Below are positions 48,761 through 61,845 of a DNA stretch of 64,000 bases, piece by piece. The first letter of the stretch is position 1, and each line of letters opens with the position of its first letter. Source of the DNA: Vicugna vicugna. Taxonomy: Eukaryota. The position numbers and the translations under genes were made by a program. The notes below the pieces were generated by a model. It saw only the letters and a program-made list of their open reading frames with translations. It made no database searches and was not told the origin of the DNA. Location of the stretch: positions 6,079,684-6,143,683 of the forward strand of contig MU061814.1 of NCBI GenBank assembly GCA_013265495.1, read 5' to 3'.

Positions 48761-49204
48761 GGGTTGTCTCAAGGGGGAAAGGGTACAGTGAGTCAGGGGC
48801 ACACCCAGCATACCAGGCCTATTTCTGGAACAGACACCCCAGACCAGTTTGGATGGCCGCTGAGGTGTGGAGCGGGCCCAGGAGATTAAAATCTCGAGTC
48901 TGTCTTTTGTTCTGGGTCTCTGGAGAGGACATGCTGAATTCCTACGTTGACATAGGTACACTGAGTAATTTCAGGATGCTCTTCTACTGTTGGACCTGTA
49001 TCAGCATATTAATTTAAACGAACGAATTTTTTGAGTTCTGGTAGATTCTGTAAGTTTTTCAACTTTTGACTTACTTACAGAGTAGTTCAGCGTCAAAAGC
49101 CCCGGCTCTGATAAGTTCAGGAGGCTTTCCACTATTTGACTTGCATCTCTAATTTAGTTGAACATGGTCGCAAGCGCTGGGTTCTTGTCGCGAGAAAGGC
49201 AGAG

Positions 49205-49350
49205 AACATTTACTGAGCACTACTATGTGCCACACACCATGCTAAGCCTGTTTCCCAAGTCTTTTTCTGTGTTTAGGCTGGGATTGGTCCTTGTATTGCC
49301 CCCATTTTGCAGATGATGGTACGGTACAGGCTTAGCTGAGACTCACCAGG
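49205..49350 (-). mobile_element. MIR fragment
   Basis: AACATTTACTGAGCACTACTATGTGCCA...CCCATTTTGCAGATGA. Confidence 0.7.
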
Positions 49351-50773
49351 TGAAGGACTCTAGCCCCTGGTGTTGCCTGCTGCACCAGCCCATGCTTATT
49401 TTCTGTAGGCCCTTTGGTAAGACACTCTCCTGCCTGTCTCTCCTAAGTCAGGGTGTAGTGAGGCTGGTATCACACAGAGTGATTGTGCAGTGCCTAGCAT
49501 GTTAGATAAGTGCCCATTTTCTATCTGGAGGTGATTTCCGTGGGATCCATTTTTAGCTTTACAGGCAGAAACTGTCTGAGGACCTTCATTTGTTCTTTAA
49601 AAACAGAAGAATTGTAGAGATTTTAAGGCATTTACTGAATTTGAGTAGGTTCAATATAACAGATACAGATATTAAAGTAAAAGCACATAGGCCGATCTCA
49701 GTTAAAAATCAGAGTCAGTTGATTAAAAAAAAAAGTGGCATGCTTCATTCAGTGAATATCTCTAGAGCACTAAGGAAGTGCACAGCTCCAGCCACGGGGG
49801 GACCTGGGAAGGGAGTGACACGGCCAACTAAATGCAGCATCTCTGATTTTTCGTGCATTCTACCTATTTTTAGCAGACTATGGCTTCTAGACTAGACAAA
49901 CATCTGCAACGAAAGACACTTTTACCTCCTTCCAACCTTTATGCCTTTTATTTTAACTTACTTTTAAATGTGCCAGACACCATACAGAGCCCCTTCATGG
50001 AATGTGCTGTCCGTAAGGGAGCATATTTTCAATGCTGGTTGTATAAAAATACTAAACAGCCGTGCTCTAGAAATCGAAAAGAATTGAAGTACACCCATTT
50101 TTCCCTGCGTGGCATCTTAAACTTTTAGCATAGACAGGAAGATGCATTTAATGGGAAGAAAAGGTGTGTATGCAGGAATAAGAACCCGCCCTGGGTGTAG
50201 CAGAAGTGTGTGGAGGCAGTGTTCCTTCCGCACCTCCCTACCTGCTGTGGCCCCTTTGCTGTGGGTGCAGGTTGAGGACTTTGTTTTGCTGATTCCCTGT
50301 GGGGCTGCATGGCTGGCATGTGTTCTGTGTGTGTAACCTTAGCTTATGCTCTGGCAGAGCAGTGAATTGGTAAGTGCTGCTTGTTGTGTGTACAGCTGTA
50401 TTAAGGTGCTTCACTCTAAAAAGTGGAAGATCTATTAGATCGGACTGCTTTGTTTGCAGCAGAGGTTTCCTGTCTCTGAAGATAGTATTCTTGAGGGAGA
50501 CACCGGAGTTAGGGAATGGCTGCCTTGTGCCAGCACTTCTAGTGCCTGAAGAAGCATCTCAGGTAGCCTGAGAGGTGGCTGCCCTCAGTCTGGTGGCTCA
50601 AACCATCTTTACTGAACCTGTTAGAGAAGACATGTTGTCTCCACGGATCCCCCTGCCCCTTTCCCATAAACCTGCCCTTTCACCCTTGCTTCCTCCCTCA
50701 GTGGAGACCTCTGCCCTGTTTTCTCCCCTCCCACCTCTTACTTGACACTCTGACCACCTTTTGTCTCTGGCAG

Positions 50774-50919
50774 ATATCAACCTGAACTCTCCCAACAAAG
50801 GTCTGCTCTCCGACTCCATGACAGATGTCCCTGTTGACACAGCAGTGGCTGCCCAGGCTCCTGCTGTTCAGGGTCTGACGGAGGCTGAGGAGGAGGAGCT
50901 CAGGGCCGAGCTTGCAAAG
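50774..50919 (+). CDS. TPD52L2: TPD52L2 exon 2, 146 nt
   Basis: ctggcag|ATATCAAC...GCAAAG|gtgctg; encodes (D)INLNSPNKGLLSDSMTDVPVD...EEEELRAELAK. Confidence 0.96.
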
Positions 50920-52710
50920 GTGCTGTGTCTTGGCCATCCATTGTGGGTGACTGTGAGGCTCTCTCAGGCTAACGAGGGGCCAGAGTGCTGGCTGTGCCCT
51001 GGAGAAGGTGCCCCGGAAGGTTGTCCTGGGGGCCCCACAGAAACTGCTCTCTGCACCCTTTGTCTGTATGTGTCTGGCACCTTGTAGGTGCCCCCAGAAG
51101 AGCCGGTCCACATGGGGACAATGGCTCAGAGCATACTATCTACTGGGAGTTCCTCTTGGAATTAACATGACATTTTCAAGACCCCACAGATGTAGCTGCC
51201 CCTGGATTTTCATTTTCCTTTTAAAAATGCTTGTCTTGTTAAAAAAAAAAAAAAAAAGCTTTAAGTGACCGTTTTAAAGCGAGAGTGTCTTGAGAGGAAA
51301 TAGAGATTAAGAATTAAAGCCTCTAAGTATAATTTTTATTCAGACCAACTGCCAAGAGTGTTTCTTTTTGCAGCATGATATGGAGTCTGATAGTGACTCA
51401 CTTGAGATTCCAGAATCTGGGGAAATGAAGTCGTCAGCACCTGACCGTAGCGTCCAGTCAGGCAGAGGCTGGAACACGCTGAGCACAGTTCTCTCCTCTG
51501 CCTTCAGAGACGAGCACATCTGCGTACATTCTGGGTCCAACCCTAGGTCTGAGCAGGGCTGGTCGTTTTCACCTCAACCTCAGTCCCGGGACAAGGTTTC
51601 AGATCATAGAGAAAGAGTGCAGCTATTTCTGAACTGAACAAAAGTTAAGGGGGGAGCAGCAAGAAGTCCCAGGAGACTTACACTTTGCCCTTTATCTCAG
51701 AACTTGTTGGTTTGGAGAATAAAACCACAGAGTCTTTTCAGAGTTGGGCTGCAAAGCAAAGAGCTCTTGTGTCACTTCACATTTAGGCTTGCATGTGCAC
51801 ATGCTGTTAAGCCCCCGTTAGTCAAGGCACTGTAAATGGAACACTGTAGTCTTGGTTGTCCTTGCTGGCGTGACTGATAATAGTTTGGCTTTAGATGACC
51901 CTGTATTTTGGGGGGTTTTGTTTTAATATTTTCTAAAGGAAAATCTGGTGATATGCAGGGTTCTAGGCTGTTGCTAGTGCCTTCATCCAAACAGTCACTG
52001 TTTAAAGAAAGGGACTTTTTTTAGTAATGGCTGTCCATGTAGATGCTGAAAATATGGAGAACTCTAAGATAGGAAGGTTTCAAAGGATGCTCCCTTCTAT
52101 GGTCACATTCTTTTATTCTGAAATATAAGGTTCCAGTCTTTATCGTCAAGATTGTTTCTGACTTCAATGAAACAAACAAAGATTGTTTCTGTTGCCCAAC
52201 TCAGACTGCACGAAAGGGAATTTGCCTTTTTCAAGGCCTGGGGCTGCCCTCAGGAACACAGATGTCATAAAAGGTTGTTTCTCTGTCACGTGGGTCTCTG
52301 GGCGTCTGTCCATCTGTCAGCTCTGCTTCCTTCCCACTGCCTATGAAATTACCCCGTGGTGCAGATGGGACCTGGCTGCCAGCAGTTCCACCCTCTGAGA
52401 TCCAGGCCCAGACCCAGAGCCTGGACAGAAAGGGCTTCTCTATTCTAAGACCTATGACCAGTCCCAGGGAAGAGCTCTGACAGGCCTTGCTTCATCCCCA
52501 CGGGTCGGTTGGCACTGCTATCCATAGCGCCACCGAAACACTTGGCTTGGGAGGATGGGGCAGTTCTCCGGAAGTTGAGGTGCTGGTACCGAATAAAAGC
52601 AGGACAGATGTCTGCTGTAGCCGACTCCTAAGATGAGTTACATTTCTGTAAATGGAAATTTTTCACATAATTCTGAGAAACCTCTCGTGCTGTGTGCATA
52701 AGGATGCTAG

Positions 52711-52911
<201 letters not shown>

Positions 52912-53651
52912 TGAGTACCTGCTCAGCTGTGTCCAGGGCGTCGAGCTCTTAGAAGGTGGCCATACTAGGTAGTCGTCCAAGCAGAAATTGACAGGAAGAA
53001 TATGTTTTGGGTCTAAATTTGAGAAAACGCTAATTAGGCACTCAGTGAGACTGACTTGCCTGTGGTCCCTGTAGCCCAGTGTCCGCTGAAGTGGACATGA
53101 GTCCTTCCCATGAGCGTGATGTCACAGCCCCAGGACCTCTGACCCAGATGTGACTCAGCTCTCTGAATTTGGGGATTGCGGCTCTGTGGCTCCTCTGACA
53201 CATATCCTCTGAGGTGGGGGGTGGGAAGTATTCCCCCGTCCAAGAAACCATGTCCCCACAGAAATATCAAATTAAATTTCATTAATCTCCCTGTGAAAAG
53301 CCCATTTCCTGCCTAGGAAGTTGTAGGTTTTGAATCCCAGAAGGTGACTGTCAGAGTAGTGTTTTGGGGCTACGGGCTGTGCCCCCTTACTCCCCAGGAG
53401 CCAGCTTAACATCAGATGGCTAGGTGCTCCCTTGGCCTGATGGGAAGAGGGCTGGTCAGCTCTACCCAGGCCTCACCTGGGCCTGCAGAGCAGGTGCTGG
53501 GCGGCGGCGGCGGCCCTTGTCTCAGCAGGCTGCAGGTGCGGTGTTCTTGCTGGCTGGTCCTTCTCTGTTTTCCCTTGGAATTTCACTGCAGGTCGAGACC
53601 TGAGTTGAAACAGGTTTTCTAAATAATTTACCACAGACTTTCTGTTTTTAG

Positions 53652-53711
53652 CTATGTGAAAACTTCTGAGAAACTTGGAGAGTGGAACGAGAAAGTGACG
53701 CAGTCGGACCT
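53652..53711 (+). CDS. TPD52L2: TPD52L2 exon 4, 60-nt alternatively spliced insert
   Basis: tttttag|CTATGTG...GGACCT|gtgagt; encodes YVKTSEKLGEWNEKVTQSDL. Confidence 0.94.
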
Positions 53712-56700
53712 GTGAGTGCCTTTGCCACCAGCAGGCCCCTCCCCCTCCCCCCAACGCTCCTCTTAGGGACAAGGAGTTGTGCACACTCGGCACAAACCTT
53801 GTTTTGGTGTTTTCCTGGCCGTTTTATTTGTAATATAAAATTTCTCCTCTGAAACACAAATGAAACTATTCTTTCAGCTTTTCTGGAGTAGGGTGCAGAC
53901 GCTAAGGGAAGTTCTTTCAGCCACCAGACCACACTGATAAGTCCCCTCTGCCTGACACGTGTCCCTCAGATAAGAGGCCTGGGGCGGACTTCGGTGGCAT
54001 CTCTGGCTGGTGGCTACACCTTGGGCGCCACCTGGACTCCCCGCCCCCCCAAGACTGGCCCCAGCCATGTGTTCTCAAAGCTTCATCTGCGCTTCAGGGT
54101 GGGTCATGCTGGGGTGGGTGGGGTGCGGTGCAGGCCGTGCTAGTGAGATCTTGAAATAGGTCCTTTGGTCTGAGAGGCATGGAGCGATGGGCCACGCAGA
54201 TGAGCTGAGTGCGAAATTCTCATGGGAAGTGTCTGTCAGAGCTTGGGTCCCACGTGCCTCCTGATGTTCTGTTGAGATCCTTGAGTGAGTTAATCGCACT
54301 TCCTTTACCTTTGCTCCAACCTGACCAGTGTTTTAAAGTAGTCGATTACCGGGATTTTTCCATCTTGTTTATAAGGAAGTGCTGTCGTGGTTGCTGGAGA
54401 ACATGGGCCAAAAGGAAATGGTTGCTACCAGCCTGTCTTAGAGGTGCTGGAAGCTGGGTTGGCTGGCTGTGCAAGTGGAGCCTTTGCAGCCTGGGGTCAC
54501 CAGGGGAGCTGGGCGCTGGGTGGGTCGGCGGTTGGAGTTTTATGCTGTTTGCTTGGCCTGGTGGGACAGCCGTTCCTTGCAGGCAGGCTCACAGTGCAGT
54601 CGAGCTGAAAATAATTTCAGGAGACCGTAGTGCTGTTCTGTAAAACGAGCTTATGTGAAGCTGCTGGATGCTGTTTCGCGTCATCAGGGTTGTGACTCCT
54701 CCGGAAGAAACGTGTGGCTCGGGTGTGTGCGTGTTTTGGCCCTTTCTGAGCACTTCGCCAGGCAGTGGCCATTCCCATGAGGTCTCAGCCCCGATTCTAT
54801 TGGAGTTGTCAGAGCTGGAGGCCTTTCTGCAGCAACAGCCCACACGAGAACAACACAGCTCGGGATAGGGTTGCTGAAAACAGCTGCTCTGCAGCCCTGA
54901 GGGTGGCTGGTTGGTGCCTCCGCAGTGGTGGCCGCAGGAGCCTGCCCACACGATTACTGCCCAGGGCCTCTGCCAGGGAAGGTGCAACTGGAAGGAAGGG
55001 CCCTGGCTTTCTGGTGGAGGTTGTAGACTCCTTTAGCCCAGCTCGGCCCGAAGGGGAGGAAGTCAGGCTGTGTGCAGCCCTGGTGCTTCACTCCAGTGAC
55101 GCAGCTAATGCTCACGAAACTTCTTCCCTCCACCAACTACTTTTAATTCAGTAGCCGTGCTCTGTTGTGGGGTGGTCACCAAATGGGATCCTTTTTATAG
55201 GTAGATCATAGCTAAAAGCATGCCTGGAGTGGATACCGATAATTCCACAGTCACTTGTTGGCACATTCTTTGGTCTCAGGTGACAGGAAGCTCAGCTCCA
55301 GATGATAGTATTGGCTGGCGGGGAGTGGTGCCTGGCCTGGCGAGAAGCCCCTGCTCCAGGCCTGCCTGAACAGGGCTCCGACCAGTGCTCCATCGCCCGT
55401 CCTTCCGCTTGCCCCTCTGTGTGTGGGGGTGCCTAGTGGGACGGGACTGTATCTTCCCAGCCTGCAGCCCCACCGCAAAATGGCCCGGTGTGGGCCTCAC
55501 TGGATGTTCACTGTGGTCTGGGAGTTGTAACCTCTGACCAGTCAGATTGGGATCACATGCCCACCCAAGTGGGAGGTGGGGACAGCCCCCCAAAGGAAGA
55601 TCCATTAGGTGCAGCTAGCAGATGCTTCACACTGACTGTCATGCCCACCGATAGTTGGGGGGGGTCTGTTACCCTAAAAGGTAGAAGTAATTCCCAGAGG
55701 AGCTCTGGCCAGGGGAGCACGGCCTGGTGCCCTCAGCACGAATGGGGCTGAGTTACCTGGACACAGACTCTGTTTCTGCCCTAGTTTGGAGGTTCGTGTT
55801 TCTGAAGGAGTCGCTTGTGACACTTTGTTTCCATATCCCAGAAATGCTGAGGGCTGTGCCATGTGGGAAAGTGGCCCCCAGCGAGTACCTCTCCTGTTGG
55901 GGATTGGGTGCCCAGGCCCTTTTGGGTCACCTTCTGGATGCTCCTCGTCACCAAGGACTTTTCTCTGTGACGTGTTTCCCAAGCTTGGCCATGTGGGCCC
56001 AGATAGAGATTCTCTAAGGATTTTTCTTTAAATCTTTTGCTTCAGACTGTTCTACTTCAACAAACCACAGAGTGTTCACAAGATCTTATGTGTTTATTGT
56101 TTTGGGGAAAACTGGGCTTGGAGACGTGTTTGGAGTTTCTGTTTCTGAATCTCAATATCACGTATCATTAGTTACCTTGCACTTGGTGTTGTGGAAACCA
56201 TGACGTGGCTCCAGGTACGCTGAAGGCTGTTTCTTGCAGGTGACCTTGACTCACTTTGACATGAAAGCAGTTCATCAGCCCAGCCCCCAGGGTTGGGATT
56301 GGGAGGCTCAAGCAGGCACTGCAGGTTTGGGGCCCCGCAGAAGGTTCTAGAGCCTTTCCTTGGCAGGCTGTGTTGTGGGGAATGTGCTGGTGCACCTGCC
56401 CAAGGTGCTCCTCCACCTCTGTTGCCACAGTCTTACTAGGCCCTGAGACAGGCCGCGGTGGAGGTGGCAGTTCTGGGTGAAGGTGCCTTCCGGGCACAGT
56501 CTGGGTGGAAGCCCTCTGAAAGCAGGCGTGGACTTCGGGTTTCAGTGAGAGTCAGCCGTGGCCTAGAATGGACCCTGCAGCTCTGCCCAGGTGGTCCCGT
56601 CTGGGCCCCGGCTGTGCAGACATCTGGGTTGCTGTGCAGGTGGTTGGAGTTCGAGTTCCGTGATAGTATCAGACTATCCCAGGGGAAGGAATTTCTGGAA

Positions 56701-57934
56701 GTCAGGTTTTTCTAAAGCCTGGGTTCAGAATTAGACGTCCTGATGGCTGTTGGATTTAGGAAGTCCCAAAGCAAGTTTTTCACTAAGGATTTTAGAAGTT
56801 ATTTTCTCCCCATTATTCCAAAATTACTGGCTTTCCTGGAAACTAAGATAAACTCAGCAACTTAGTGACTTCAGGACATTCCACACTCTTGCTGGGAAGC
56901 AGCACAGGTTTTGAGTCCTGGGCCCTGCTGAGCAGCAGACAGTCCGAGGCCCCGCTGTGCTACGAGCCCACTGCTGACAGGAGGGAGGCCCTTGGGGGTA
57001 CTTGGGCTGGGTCATCCCCACAGGAGGGGGCCCGCAGGGCGCAAGGTGGGAGGAGGGCCCCCAGCAGGTGTCAGTGGGTGGTGGGTGGGAAGGAGGGGCT
57101 GAGAAGCCCTGCTGCTGCTGCGCTGCTGCTTGGCCCAGTCCCCCGGGACCGGGACGGGTGGCCCCTGCATGGCCAGAGTAGGCTGGCATCTCAGGAGCCC
57201 TGCCGTCTCGAGCCGTTGTTGCTTCAGGGTTGCCAGGTTGGCCAGAAAGGAGCTCTGGGGTTCCGCTGCTGTGTCTTTCGCTTATGGTGGTAGCTGGTCG
57301 AGGGCTGCTGGCTCTGGATGTCAGCGCTCAAGGTTTCCTTGCTGTCCCTGTGGCTGAGGCACACTGCCTGTGCCGGTCCCTCCGCCGTTGAGGTCACAAG
57401 CCATCTTGTGTGGATGGTTGGGGCAGGATGGCATGGAACAGGCGGTCTCTGCTGTGAGCCCAGACCACCCCCTTGCACCGAGAACAGTGGTGTGAGGTGG
57501 AGGTAGGTTTCCCCAGATCTCCGAGGACGTTGTGTGGACAGTGCTGGAGGCTGGAGAGGCTCTTGGGGTCTGAGAGGGCCAGCACACCACAGACCACACA
57601 CAGCGCGCCCCCGTGGGTGTGGCTGAGCTCTTCTCCCCTCAGGGGACTTGTCTGCTCTGCTGCCCAGGGCCTCGGGCTCTGTGGGAGGACCGGAGAGCTG
57701 GGAGAAGTGAGTTTCCGAAGAGGTGGAGGAGAGCCTGGGCTACAGGGTTGTCGTGACCTGACAGTGTCACTTCTGTCCTTGACGCATGTCCCCCGGGTCC
57801 CTGAGACTGGATGCGTGCCCGTCCCCAGTGTCCAAGCTGACTCACTACCCCTCCTCTCTGGGTGCCTTGTCCTTAGTGTTCGGGCTGTGGCTGTGCCTTG
57901 TGTCTGGTTGGCTTAATCGGTGTTTCTCTTCCAG

Positions 57935-58036
57935 CTACAAGAAGACTCAGGAAACTCTCTCTCAGGCGGGACAGAAGACGTCAGCTGCCCTGTCCACCAT
58001 GAGCTCTGCCATCAGCAGGAAGCTCGGAGACATGAG
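57935..58036 (+). CDS. TPD52L2: TPD52L2 exon 5, 102 nt
   Basis: cttccag|CTACAAG...CATGAG|gtgaga; encodes YKKTQETLSQAGQKTSAALSTMSSAISRKLGDMR. Confidence 0.96.
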
Positions 58037-60967
58037 GTGAGACTCCTGGCCTGGCAGCTCTGCCCTGGCACCTGTGCTGGTTGGGTGAGGTGTTTGAGGT
58101 CTTATCCACTGGAGCATCTGCAGGAAGCCTGCCGGGGCCCCGGGGCTCAGATGCGCATGCCCCGGGCCTCTTAGCACCCGCAGATGTGGCCACACCGGCT
58201 TCAAACCAGTGGTTCGCAGACCCTTGTTTTCTATCTACTTTGCCATTTCTGTTTCTCAAGGTGGGGGGGGGCGGTCCCTGGTGTCTTTGGGTAACTTCGG
58301 TGTTGCGATTGGTGAAGGCGATGCGTCTGATTGAAGTTTCACAGAGAGAAGATGACTGGAGGCCGGGGGTGGGTGGTCGGCGTTGGCCATCGGAGCAGCA
58401 GTGAGGACACTCCAGGCCAAGTCGGTGTTTGTCAAGGTGTTTGCCTGACCTGCCCTCAGAGAGTGTGCAGACTAGGGCCTCAGACTGAGCGTCCTTTCCT
58501 GGAAGCTGGCGAGACCTTCTTGGCTGCCTGAGCACCTCCTGAGCAGGGCCTGGGGGTCAGGGAGTGCCCACCCCCAGCCTGATGGACACGCCTGCTCCAA
58601 GGCAGGGTTCACCCTGCTTTTCCTGCTCTGGGCTCCATGGCTGCATCTGCAGGGCCTCCCGAAGCCAGAAGCCAGGGCGTGAGTCCTGGCTCAGCTTCCT
58701 CCTCGCTGTGCCCTCAGGAGGGCCTCCCTCAGGGTTGCTAGGATGAACTGGTGAGTGACAGCGCATGGTGCAGGTCGTCACCATCACCAGCACCTGGGAC
58801 TTGGCCCCTAGGTACCACTGCCCCGCCTACCCTGGCCCTTGACCCACGCTCGGGACCAGTCCCCTCACTTCTGAGTTTGAAGGAATGCCTCCCTGCAGCC
58901 CCCACCCCATCCTGGGGCTCCTGTCTCCTCAAAGCTGAGAACCCCGTGGTGTTGCCTGCGGGCTTGGCCTTGGGGGTCTACCCAGCCTTGACCTCTCGCC
59001 TCTTACCATTAGGTGGGCCCCCTTCCTGCCTGCTTGCTTAGGCATGTCCCTGCCTCACAGGCCTACAGTTGCCTTGGCCTCAGGGTGGGAGCTCTGCCCT
59101 GGCCCTCCGAGCCCTGGGCCCCTAGCCAAGCAGAGGACAGCCTGGGCCCAGAGCCGCACTCACCTTTTATCTTTGTTTGTGTCGTTACCCATCTCCTCTC
59201 TCACACCCCCAGCTTTTTATTTTGAACAATTTCAGACCTTTGGAGAAGCTGAACACCCAGTAGGCAGTCTGTGTCTAAGGAGCGCACCCCCCTCTGGGGG
59301 GCCCTGTGGGTCATTCTGCAGATGCAGGCCTTGCCCACCGTGGCTGTGATTTGGGCACAAGAGGCCCCCAAGCTGTGGCTCTGTGCCAACAGCAAGGAGG
59401 GTCTGTGGGACTGCTCCCGCAGGTGTCACCCTGGTCTGCTCGCACGTGACTGTGGGTGTGACCCTGTAACGAGTCGCTGGACGTTAGCCTCCTGAGTCGG
59501 GCTGCGGAAGAGCTGGTGATAGGCTGATCACACGCCGCTGGTAGCCTGGCCAAGCTCCCAGGGGCTGCCGCAGAGGGAGCGGGCACTCCTGGCTATGCCT
59601 GCTCTCTCCCCAGAGCGTGGGCTGGTGCCAGGGAGTTTGAAGGAGGCAACACATCTGCTGTGCTTAAGTCACATCCTCTCCTAGGAACGTCCTCACACAG
59701 TTTTGAGTGTGTTCAGAGTGCTCTGGGTGGAAATCAGGCAAGAGGGCAGAGCCCTTGCTGCGCGTCGTGGTGGCCATCTCGATGGGGCGTTGTTCACACA
59801 GACTGCTTTTCCCTGGGAGGACAGTGACGTGACCCTGTTCTGTCTGCTCCTCTGCCCCCGAGCTCCCCTCAGAACCGGCTTGGCTGCTGACCCAGGACAC
59901 TGAGCCGCAGGTCCCGTGCCCACCAGCCGAGGCGAGGGACCTGGTCGAGTTCACAGTGCCTGGAGCAGTCATCCTCTTTGCCGGGGTCTCACCCCAGGGA
60001 CTCTCATCTGCCATTGGTTTTGTTCTCTTGTGTCTTCAGGGGAGCCCTGAACACAGGTGTCTCACGGTTCTTGATGTATCCTCTCACGTGTTCCTGTGGT
60101 CTTGCCATGCAGTCTCATGTGGTTTCTCAGGTCTCGTGAGATCCATTGGCCCCCATGGTTTAGAGCTCATGGCCGACAGAGTTCACCACTCCTTGAGAAG
60201 GCAAATCAGTCTCAGGGAGATTTCTGTCATGAGTTCAGGATTGGGTGATACCCCGTGGCCCACTGCATCGAGATGTTTGGGGCCAGGTCCTGCTAGACGC
60301 CCCACACCAGCTGGAGCGGCCCTGGTCTGAGGCTTTTTACATCCCCTGGGGCGTGAGGTGGTGGGAGTAGGGCAGGGACCTGGATTTGGATCAAAGGCTG
60401 GGTTAATGCAGGGTCGGGCCTCTGTCCTGCCGGGTGACTTTTGACAGGGCGCATGCTTCCTTCTCCCACTGAGAGGAGCAGGACCTGCAGCCCACCTGAG
60501 TGGTGCAAGCACAGCAGGCCATGTAACTGTCACTCCTGAAGTGACTGCTGTGTTGTGCCCCTGATCCCGCGCCAGCAGCAGCCCTTGGACACACTTGGGT
60601 TTCTAGGGTGGCTTCTGTCATCCCAGGTGATGGTGCAAGAAGTGCTGGGCCCAGGGGCGTCCCAGGCCCCTCTGCAGGGTGGTCTGCTCTGGCCTGTCTC
60701 CCGTCCCCGCTCTGCTCGCCTCTCTGGGCTTCTCTCCTCCAGCCTGTGCCCGGGCTCGGGTCCCTCATGTGGGACTGCATCCCAGAGGGCAGGGCGCCTG
60801 CTAGTCATGCCCACGAGGGAGCATCGGCCTCTCGGGGGTGGGACTTGGGGAGATGTCCTGTCCCTAGTGGTGTGAGGTCCCCGGGGTCCCTAGCAGAGGG
60901 GCCGGGGCAGGATGGGGCTCCCTTCCTAACGCTGCATTTCTTCTTTCCTGCTGCTGCCGCCTTTCAG

Positions 60968-60994
60968 GGCTCGGCCGTTCTCACACTCCTTTAG
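60968..60994 (+). CDS. TPD52L2: TPD52L2 alternative 27-nt microexon (ARPFSHSFS)
   Basis: ctttcag|GGCTCGGCCGTTCTCACACTCCTTTAG|gtaaga; frame-preserving; resembles the human insert recalled as AHPFSHSFS. Confidence 0.85.
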   Translation, partial: GSAVLTLL

Positions 60995-61845
60995 GTAAGA
61001 CTGATGCTGGACACATCTGGGGAAGGCTTTTCTCTGACTCCGGGCAGGGTTGGTCCTGGCTGGCCTGTGGGAGGCTGTGCTGGGGGAGGGGTGAGGGGCC
61101 CAGCACAGAGAGGCGCCCAGGAGTCATCAGCAGTGAGGTGGAAGCGGGGCTCCTCCCCAGGCTCATGGATGGCGCTGTCTCCCACCCGCTCACCCAGCCT
61201 CACAGAGGGTGTGCATCAGCCTGCAGCTGAGTGTATTCCTGAAAGGGGGCGTGTTTGCACGGGAGGGGTCCTGCTGGCCCTCTCGCTGCTGTGCTCTCCC
61301 CTACCCCTCCTCCCCTGGAAGCAGTCCTGCCCCCTAGGATTGAGTTGGTCTCACTTCCTGCTGAGGCCCCTTTCTGCCCCGGGTGTGTGGGACCCAGTCT
61401 GACCGCCTCCCAAGCAGCCCTCGGGCGGCCTGGACTGCTCTCGCAGGCAGCACCAGCGCTCTTCCAGCTTGGAGGTCTGGAACACAGGCCAGAACAGCCA
61501 TGGCTTTCCTGTTCTCCCTTGACCTGGCGGTTTCTCTTTAGCTTGCTGGAAGGCATGTGAGGACACCTGACAGCTCGCAGCACCAAAGTGTTGGTTGCGC
61601 CCGGGTTTAGGTCCTCTCCGTTCCACTGTTTCAGCGCCCCTCAGCGGTGTCACACTTCTGGGGCCACGAGGGGGCCACCTTGGGTCCAGTTTTCCTTGGG
61701 TGACGGCAGCCTCGCAAGGCTTCTTTGTAGTGGCCGGGGCTTTTTTCAGCCGCGCGGGCAGTTGGGGCAGCTCTCTGCCAGAGCAGGGCCGGTGGGCCGC
61801 CTCGAGATAACTCTCCTTCTCTGCTCCCGCCATGCTTCCGAGCAG

